Positions 54,686-64,000 of a stretch of 64,000 bases of DNA are shown here, piece by piece. Each line of letters starts with the position of its first letter. Position 1 is the stretch's first letter. Origin of the DNA: Octopus bimaculoides (Eukaryota); contig NC_068992.1 in assembly GCF_001194135.2 (NCBI RefSeq), positions 46,434,454 to 46,498,453 of the forward strand, given 5' to 3'. Made by a program: the position numbers and the translations under genes. The notes below the pieces were generated by a model, which had not been told where the DNA came from, searched no databases, and saw only the letters and a list, made by a program, of their open reading frames with translations.

Positions 54686-56179
54686 ATAATAATAATAATA
54701 ATAATAATAATTAGGATTTTTACAGTTATTAATTTCAGCGTTTTCATCAGTATCAGCAGCGTAATCATCACCAACAGCCCCACCACTTTCAACATCAGCA
54801 ATTATAATTTCCTCCTACTCCTCCGTCTCATCCTTCTTTTATCACCGTCGCCATCATCGCCACCACCTACAACACTGTCGCCACTTCCACCATTACTTCT
54901 ACGACCCCTTTACGTCAAGCACATTACCATCACGACAGCCCTATCACCATCACCATTTCTGACAGTAACCAACCCGATTCTCCCAGCCAACATTGTCATT
55001 ACGAACACGTCACCACCACTACCATAGACAACCATCCCTACCAATAACACCACCATTGACTAGCACCACTATCTCGTCATCCACCATTATCACCTCCACC
55101 GCCATCCACCTCCACCGCTAGTACTTCCTTCCCCTCAACATCATTCACCATCAGTAAGGTGCCAAATCTGCACTTTACCTCTGCATCACTTGGCACACTG
55201 CACCATTCCTCTTCTATGGAGGCACTAATATCATTGTTGTTGATGTTGTTTTAACTGACAGAGTAGTTTGTTATCTGTAAACCAACAGCCACTATTTATT
55301 CCAACGGACAATTTGTGCAACACATCAAATTATTCCATTACCTGGACATACCCTTCCTTCGAACAATGTATCAGGCCTTTCCATAAATTATTCAAACTAA
55401 CAGCCAAGACTAAATTTGGGAAGAATCTAATTAACTTTGCAGATATGATAATCTCTTAATTAAACAAATAAGTATATCAACTAACTATACTCACTAACCA
55501 TCGAGTTAACCAACTGTCCTAATGCATTACCGGTTAACCAGTTAGCGTACTAACATAATTAGCTGATTAACCAACCAGCTAACTGTAGTAACTAAATTTC
55601 TTGACCACCTAATTAATTATTCTCATTCAATAGCATATGAAATCCTGAAACTGAGTGACGGTGGAGATGTTACCAATGAGACCCTCGTCTAATCTGATAA
55701 TTAACTAACTATCTAATTAAGTAGCTAATTAATTAATCAATCGTACTAAGCACTTATCTAATTAGAAACCATTTAGTAACTGAAATAACTAATCAATTAA
55801 CAAATTTACTAATTTAAACATATTTACCTATTAACTAATTAATCAATTAACTAAATATAGAAATATCTAAATAGCTAAGTAATTAACATCCTAATCGTAC
55901 TAACTAATTAGCAGATTTGTAAATCATGGTTGAATGGGCTGCAAAATTGTACTCTAATAATCAAACTCAGAATTTAAATAGACGGAATCAATTACCGTTT
56001 ACATAATGATAAGGAAGATTTCTTTATTAAGCAGCGAGGTCTTAAACAGAGCAATGAGAGCACAGGCTAATACCATACTATATAATTTGCGAGATAACAA
56101 GAAGGTGTATAAATGGAAAAATAACAAAAGCAAAGAAACAAAAATATTCACATAATATAAAAATCCTCGAAAATGGAGA

Positions 56180-57620
56180 CATCCGTGAGCTTCTCGTTGA
56201 AACCCTAAAAAAGACTAAAAACAAAGCTGACCACTAAGAAAACGCTCTCTACTCATCCTCTTCTCTCAGTCTACAGGTACATGTAGAGAAGAGGCCCTTT
56301 CACTCAGACCAACCTTGCATATTCAGCCATCTTTCAATAAATTTGTTGGACGGCAGCACTTCCCGTTCAATCCTCACTCTCATTTCCAAGTGAAAACTGG
56401 ATAAATTGATGCGGGCTTGGCCAAAGAGGAAGCAGTTTGTCTTCAGCCCTTTCAGTTTGATCTTTCACACAATCTACTTTACAAAAGCCACATGAAAGAC
56501 AATCACTGCCTGTACTTCCCATCCAAAGGAAGATGTTGGACAGAGCTTCACAATAGATTCAGCTGATAGGCAGTTCCATTCTGAACACAATAGTAGATCT
56601 TCAACATAAATCACAAGTTATTAATATAAAAGCTGAATGAGTGTGTGGTGACCAGTCTTGTCGCTGTTTTTGCATCCAGAGAAGGCTTGGTTGACGGAAC
56701 TTCCATGCCTGCAGCATTTATCTGGAACCCGCAATGGAACAGCATTTGTCTGGAACACCGGTTGTACTAGACCAGAAATTTCCAAAACTTACTAATGGTT
56801 CCAGCCTGAATGTACTCCAGAACACACCAATCAGCTGGGTTTCCTCGACTCTCAGAGTCTCGCAGTCTAGCCTACTACTAAACCACTACAACGATGAACT
56901 TCCATCTACTATTATCCAAATCGTAGATAGTTATGAGTGCTTGGTATTAATCTCGGTACCGAGCATCCGGACTCGTCTATGCTTCATCCTGGACTGCAGC
57001 TCATACAGACAAGCTGCGGTAAAACAATTCTGGAAAAGGATAAGCACACTCACTCACCCTTGAGAAAATGCTGGAGGTATTACAGCCTCGGTGCATGTCT
57101 TTGTACCATCAGTTATGGCATTTTCAGTTCCTTAGTTATGTGGTTTTGACAGCAAAAGTAACGCCTAGTAAATGGAATGCGTCTCTTCAACAGAAAGCGG
57201 AAGTGTAGCTAATCTGGTCCGGTCTGATGAGTACTGGGATACTGCACGACGGTTAGGCGGTAATATATGAAGCAAAAGATGCATACGCTCGCCCACCTAC
57301 CTTTACGCCATCTTTCAGGAAAAACTTCCTCATGACCCATTTCTGGGTAATACTGGTCACCTTATACGGCAACTCAGCCTAGTTCTGGTCCACTTGGAAA
57401 TCTGGACAAAATCAGACCATGAGCAATTTAAACGGTCCGTCCAACGTCGCACGTTGTTATTTGACTGCACGGACTGCTTTCCGCGTGCCTAGCTGCAGCT
57501 CCACTCATTTGTCTTGTTGAGTCCTTTCTCTTACCACGGCCTCGTATTCCATTCAAGCAGTGGCGATCAGGTTTATATACCTGATGTCCGATACTAAGAC
57601 AGTGACATCGACTTCATATG
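56180..57620 (-). mobile_element. L1/Tx1-clade LINE, 3' portion, degenerate
   Basis: V*FCPDFQVDQN*AEL...YYRLTVV...FRFLLKRRIPFTRRYFCCQ...MP*LMVQRHAPRL matches Tx1-type post-RT sequence; same family as 10560-11260. Confidence 0.75.
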
Positions 57621-58918
57621 CCGCCACTGTGGTGGTGGTGATGCATCTTATTGCCGAAAGAACGAGTGATGGAACTGTTCATGGGTCAAATTCGAAATGA
57701 TTTGTTGGTAAAGGTGTGTGTGATAATCATTGCAGTATGTTAAGACTACAAGTAAGAATAAAAAGAAAGCTACAAGTAAATCATAAATTAATCAAAGGAT
57801 ATCGAAAAGATAAAAAATATGAAGGAAAAAAATATAGTTTCTACATTTTAAGAAACATTGGAAAACCGAAGTGTTCAAGTGTTTAAGAAACATTGAAAAA
57901 CCGAAGTGTTTAAGTGTTCAAGTGTATAAGGATGGAAAGCTGACCATGCCTACCTTTTGAAATGTAATTCGACAGTTTTACGGTTAAAAAAGGAAAACGG
58001 AAAAAAAAAAAATTAAAAAGTCATGCATGCGTGATAAGTTCAGAAAAGACGAATCTTTCAAGCGATACAAATTACATTTGAAAAACGCAGAAGAGAATCA
58101 TTTAATTATCGTTACGTCTCAGCTAATCTCTTATCTGGTGAACGAATAAACAACTACTTTATTAACAAAGTGACGTTAACTATTTATCATCGGCTGGTAT
58201 TAGAGAAATGTAGAGAGATAAAGATAGAGAGAACGGAACGATGCGTTGCAGAGAAAAGCGGAGTGGAAAACATAGAAGGAAAAAAATGAAACGAAATCAA
58301 AAGAAAGAATTTTGTGGAGAAACGCAAAATGTTTTTCAAAAGTTCAATTATGGAAAACAGCTGAGAGCTAATTCACAAAGCTGAAAAAAGACACACAATC
58401 AAATACCTGGGACTTTCGATTCTATGATATATATATGTATGTGTGTGTGTGTGTGTGTACAACACAGAAATTAAAGGAAGATATAAACTTAAATAAACTG
58501 AAAACCATAATAAAATTAATAATTGTAATAGAAATGAAAGGATACCAAAGAAAGCATAATTCATAAGTAGAAGGCAAAAATTATTTTCTTAACTTCGTTT
58601 TAATTGTTATTTATTAAAAGATAACAGCAAATTTAAAGACAATAGCATAACGTAGAATAAAAAAAACAACATACTTGCTATCAAAAACAAAATCTATTAT
58701 AATTATATAAAATTAATTAAAAAGAAATGATGTAATTACTATGTTCTTGTCATGTCCAACATGATTACGTCTGTGATTTATTTAAAAGATTACATTATAT
58801 TTCTGGTGGTAATAATTCTTATAATTTCTGATTTTGTTTTGACTTAATATAATATAGGATATGGGGCCAATTATTTTGGCAAATTTTTAATGTATATACG
58901 TATGTATGTATGTGTGTG

Positions 58919-58971
<53 letters not shown>

Positions 58972-59413
58972 GCACACACAAAAGCACACACACACAACAT
59001 ATACGTATGTATATATATGGTGGGTTGAGCATATATGATTCTACTNNNNNNNNNNNNNNNNNNNNNNNNNNNNNNNNNNNNNNNNNNNNNNNNNNNNNNN
59101 NNNNNNNNNNNNNNNNNNNNNNNNNNNNNNNNNNNNNNNNNNNNNNNNNNNNNNNNNNNNNNNNNNNNNNNNNNNNNNNNNNNNNNNNNNNNNNNNNNNN
59201 NNNNNNNNNNNNNNNNNNNNNNNNNNNNNNNNNNNNNNNNNNNNNNNNNNNNNNNNNNNNNNNNNNNTATATATATCAGTAATACCTCGTCATATCGTGG
59301 TTCACCTATCGCGGTTTATTATTTAAGCTTACGTCGATTCCTCTGTGGTGCTGTTTTGCAATTATAATAAAATAATGTATACAAATTATAAAAATAATAA
59401 AAGAAAAACATAC

Positions 59414-59509
59414 AGTTCTGTACTCTTTTTACTTCCTTTGTCCACGTTCTTGCTGTGGTTGTTAGCATGCAGTAACCTAACAACTGCAACTGCATCGATT
59501 TCACTGATG
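59414..59509 (-). other. Candidate 96-nt internal exon
   Basis: Pyrimidine-rich acceptor (tttttcgcttttgcatattccccag), donor GAACT|gtatgt, length a multiple of 3, two open frames; no homology recognised. Confidence 0.25.
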
Positions 59510-61022
59510 CTGGGGAATATGCAAAAGCGAAAAAATAAATAAATAGTATAACTATATTCTTTCTGCGGGCAAACAATGTCTTCTTTCAAAAGACCCACGA
59601 AGCCCATAGTCACAGCCGCATGTTCGATATACAATCTTGACACAGTAATTAACATGAAGCTGTTTTAACACACCTCATCACATTTATTTCTGACAATTGA
59701 TCTTTTGCTACCAATACTCCTTAATTTAATAACCCACTGACGTTCACCAGTTGCATAACCTACTAAAGTTTCAATCGTTAGGGACAAAAGCTTATTTAAT
59801 ATCACACATCATTTGTCTTATATATTTTCTGTTTAATCTAATAATTCTATATCTTTCAGTAACTGGGTTACTCTGCATGTTAAACCCACGTATGCCATCC
59901 ATTGATGCCGACTGAATTTAATGGTGCTCCATATTCGTCACAGTAACAGAACATAATAATGATTTCTAGACCGTTGTATGACTGGAAATTCCAATCAGTA
60001 TTGTTTTTACATCATGTTGTTTTTAACAAATCAGAAAACATGGCTATTGTTTAAACTAAAGAAGAGTATTTTTTCCTCTCTCTAAAACATCAATACCTCT
60101 TTGATTTATCCATTTTACTGAAAAGCAAGCTATACCATTCCAATGCTCATCATATTTGGTACTCTGTTTGACATTTCAAAATGTCTCCATTTGTATTCAA
60201 AAAAACATTTTAAAAAAATGTTTATTCCATATATGGTTTTAGAATATCTATTTTTTCTTCTTTGTTCAAATATTTTTTTTATGCTCTCCATCAGATATTT
60301 CAAATTAGTCTGTTAGAAATTTCTCTTGAAAACATATTTTGTTTCAATTTTCGTTTTCTCATTTTTAGATTTTCTTGATGTTTATATTTCATTTAAAAAT
60401 TTCCCGCTTTTTTTCTGTTGTGTATGTTTGTAAATGTGGTGGGGGGATCTTCTTTTTGTCTTTTGTTCCTTTTACCGATTATGTCCTTTCATGCTTCCCG
60501 TTCCTGCATCAGATATAAAGAGGAATCTTAATTTGGCGCAGGCTTCAAGGGTTTTAATGAATGAGCACTTGTCAAAGAGTGACAATCTGTTTATCAAAAA
60601 ATGTTCAGCTGAACTTGGTCACTTTTTTTCCATTCTATTGGTGCTGATTGAGGAAATTCTATTTCACTTCATTCTTTGTCTTTACTAAATTGAGGGGAGA
60701 AAAAGAAGGGAGTTACTGAAGATCAATATTTGATTCATCAATAATATTGAAACATCCCCAATTTCATACTATTCGCTTCTTGTCCCACATATTTCACGGC
60801 TAACCTCCATCACATTGAAGATGACATCCAGGCCTCTTTAGATTCTAGTCATTAATTGATGTATAGGTTCAAATGTAACAGCATTTCTATCTAACATGCA
60901 ACTAAAATAAATCAGTGGTAAGCTTTTAATGATCTAGTTACATGTTGTGGGTTCGATATCCCGTTTTGCTAGATCTTTTAGCAGCTTATGTTTCTATAAA
61001 TCATTAATCTGGAAAACGTTTC

Positions 61023-61671
61023 TACGAGGGTGGGCTGAACATGAAGGACTTGAAAACAGACACAATTTGGCATAATGATGTTATCAGGTACCTACAGAAA
61101 AAGAAGGCTTTAACCCCCAAGAAGATTTATGCCGATATTGTTGACACAGTACGTGTTGATGCAGTTCTTTTTGGATGCAAATGGACTTGTGCTTCTTGAA
61201 TATCTACGAAGAGGCTACACCATCAATGGAGAGTACTATGCTAACTTACTGAGGCAGTTACGAGTTTATTAGTCGAATAAGACCAAGAACCCATGACAAC
61301 TGGCGAAAGAAACCTTGCTTCAACAGGACAATGCTCCAGCACACATTTCTTGGTTTCAATGTTTGCTGTGCGTGACAGTTGCTTTGAACCGGTTAATCAC
61401 CGGTTAAGTTCACCTGATTCAGCCCCCATTTGACTATCATCTCTTACACAACTCGGAAAACCTTTTGGCTGTGAACCACCATCAGTCATGAGCACGTCAT
61501 ATACGATGTCGATGACTTTATGACCAGGAGGATGAAAGCTTCTTTCCCGATGGAAAAAGTGTGTGGACCTCAAGGGTAAGCCTCGGGTCTATATGTAAAA
61601 TGAAGTCTCATTTCGTCACATTACATGAGAGCGTCATGATCAGCCTATGAATCCTTCAGTCGAAACTCGTA
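61023..61671 (+). mobile_element. Internally deleted mariner (irritans-like) with both termini and TA target duplications
   Basis: TA-cgagggtgggctgaa ... ttcagtcgaaactcg-TA. Frameshifted translation: ..VIRYLQKK..TPKKIYADIV..//..DANGLVLLEYLRRGYTINGEYYANLLRQL..QQDNAPAH..SPD..FDYHL..WKKCVDLKG. Confidence 0.87.
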
Positions 61672-61963
61672 TGTATTATTGAGTTGAGGTTCATGCAAAA
61701 CACACGAAAAACCTTTGATATATGACACCAATATTATGGAATTTCCGAATTATCTAGCTGCGATAAAACTNNNNNNNNNNNNNNNNNNNNNNNNNNNNNN
61801 NNNNNNNNNNNNNNNNNNNNNNNNNNNNNNNNNNNNNNNNNNNNNNNNNNNNNNNNNNNNNNNNNNNNNNNNNNNNNNNNNNNNNNNNNNNNNNNNNNNN
61901 NNNNNNNNNNNNNNNNNNNNNNNNNNNNNNNNNNNNATATATATATATATATATATAGGCGAT

Positions 61964-62236
61964 GTTTTTTGTTTGGCAGCGTCGATTTTTACGATTCTGT
62001 AAATAATATTAATAGTATTTTATAAGACGTAGCATTCTTATGGCGAAAATATATAGGTGTAGGTACAGAGCCACACGTACGGAAAAAAGCTACTTTTTTC
62101 AGTCGTGGGTTAACATATGCCCCATTATTAGACTATTTCCTTTAGTTAATGCGCGGTGATCGCTTATAAGCATTAAGCTTATAAAATACTGTTATCATTT
62201 ACAGAATTGTAAAAATCGACGCTGCTTAACAAAAAC
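61964..62236. mobile_element. Foldback/MITE with about 60-bp imperfect TIRs and a central hairpin
   Basis: gcagcgtcgatttttacgattctgtaaat...gtattttataag pairs with cttataaaatac...atttacagaattgtaaaaatcgacgctgc; centre is acggaaaaaag-cta-cttttttc. Confidence 0.78.
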
Positions 62237-62384
62237 TATCTCAGTAAAAGCACATGGCAATTCGTGTACAAAAACAATACTACAAACTAATTATAGTTCT
62301 TAAATCTGACAGAACGAAGCAGGTTGTGTGCTTGTGTAATGGTAGCATTCATGTTGCGCAAAGAAAGAGGAGTGGGTTCATGTC

Positions 62385-62520
62385 ACACGCGTACGTGAAA
62401 GCATTTTTTTCTTCTGTCAAGGGCTTATATACCCCAGTATTGGATTATATTCTTTAATCATTGCGTGGTGATGTGATCGCTTATAAGTTTTGAGCTTATA
62501 AAATACTATTATCATTATTA
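62385..62520 (+). repeat. Degenerate partial duplicate of the right half of 61964-62236
   Basis: Shares 'gtgatcgcttataag....agcttataaaatact..tatcatt'. Confidence 0.7.
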
Positions 62521-63269
62521 TTATTATTATTATTTATGCGTACAGTCATATATACATATGGATATATATGTATGAATGCATACACGGATACATGTATGTG
62601 TATCGTTCGGAGTTTATGTTTGTAATGTGCAGTTATTTGTTCAGATTTATGTGAAAGGGTAATTCTATATGTTCCCGAACCATACTCACTCGCAATCGCT
62701 CATGCTGTTTAATTGTCACGTTACCACTTTCGAATGTATATTTATTCATTATTGCACATATATATATATATANNNNNNNNNNNNNNNNNNNNNNNNNNNN
62801 NNNNNNNNNNNNNNNNNNNNNNNNNNNNNNNNNNNNNNNNNNNNNNNNNNNNNNNNNNNNNNNNNNNNNNNNNNNNNNNNNNATATATATACACACATAT
62901 ATATGCAGTATATTACATACAGATACATTTAGTTCTATAGATATATATCCAAAATATGCATAATCATGTATATGTGATTATGTATATATGCATATGTATA
63001 CATGTATGTATACACACACACACACACACACACACATACACACACACACACATACATATGTGTGTGTGTGCGTGCGTTGTGTATGTATTTGCATGTTTGG
63101 CATAAATATCTCATAGTTGTAATGAACGACGGAAATATGTGCATGTATGTGTTCATGTGTTTAGGAACGTGGATCTCCATATTCCTCAATGTGTGTGTGT
63201 GTGTTCACACAGATACAACGTTATACGTATACATGCAAACTAAGATTTACAGAAACTGTTTCTGAATTT

Positions 63270-63720
63270 TTCTGCTTCGTTAATCACAACCAATCCGTTA
63301 TTTTCAGATAACAATTATAATTCAAATAGCATACAGCTACGAGCAATAAACTCGAATAACTTTTGTTCAGGGTGCAAATGTCATTAGTTCCTAAATATGG
63401 AAAAGTGTGATTTGTGGCCTTTTCTCAGAAAACCTCCATGAAAACCGCAGTCTTACTATCTCGATAGAATAAACAAATCATTATACCAACTGATTGAAAA
63501 TGTTGATATCCATGAAAATAGCTGAATTTCTTCCCCTATAGGATATACATGCCATTCAATACACAGATTGGAAATGTTCATAACTGTTTCAGATCTTTGG
63601 CAGTTATTTGCTCTGTGGATATTTACTATTGAAATGTATTTGATGGAGATATACGCTTGTAAAACGTTCTTACATAACAGTAAAAGCGTCATCTACAAAG
63701 CAGTCAGAAAATTATTATAA
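63270..63720 (-). mobile_element. Possible Penelope-like reverse transcriptase remnant
   Basis: CFVDDAFTV resembles RYVDDIF and is followed by a frameshifted F.MDINI resembling LPFLDI; weak. Confidence 0.3.
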
Positions 63721-64000
63721 CTTTTCTTCGGAACATTGGTAATTTGGAGAGTAAAGACACCTCGTCCTTATTTGTTTCTTTAAAATCTTGTATTAGAAAT
63801 ATCTTAATAATCACAATTTTCCTGATCATATTTTCAGCCCTGACGTATCGAAATACTGCTCTTTTTCAAATAGAAGATCTTGCCATAACCCCCGCTAGAG
63901 ATCATGGGCGGTTATAGTGTAACAAGACATAGTCGGGCTAATATTAATTCAAAATAGAAATATTGCCTAATTGACTAGCGACGAGCAATATGCAGCAGTT

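Noticed and set aside
55480-55910. Dense TAAT/ATTA motifs resembling clustered homeodomain sites
   Set aside because: Consistent with a decayed (TAAC/TAAT)n tetranucleotide repeat.
57850-57925. ~36-bp tandem duplication (also short duplications at about 45228-45308 and 28196-28231)
   Set aside because: Only two copies with no unique spacers; ordinary local slippage, not CRISPR-like.

Overview
AT-rich, gap-ridden animal genomic DNA. The SINE and LINE families match my recollection of cephalopod (Octopus-type) repeats; that assignment is inference, not a database result. No intact protein-coding gene is recognisable. Almost every long ORF in the supplied track is translated microsatellite or N-gap. 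The window is a transposon graveyard: two mariner remnants; LINE fragments (R2-superfamily/R4-Dong, L1/Tx1, RTE, CR1-like, possibly Penelope); many tRNA-derived SINEs; and dense TA, CA, AAT, CAT and GA microsatellites. Three things stand out. (1) At least seven long inverted-repeat (foldback/MITE-like) structures, several abutting (TA)n arrays, including a 61-bp-arm hairpin with one mismatch. (2) Two frameshift-free but stop-riddled minus-strand reading frames (about 260 and 232 codons) that I cannot assign to any family; one has an inverted partial paralogue 2.5 kb away. (3) A young-looking 5'-truncated Dong/R4 LINE between (TAA)n arrays. All translations and alignments were done by eye, so boundaries of degenerate elements are approximate.
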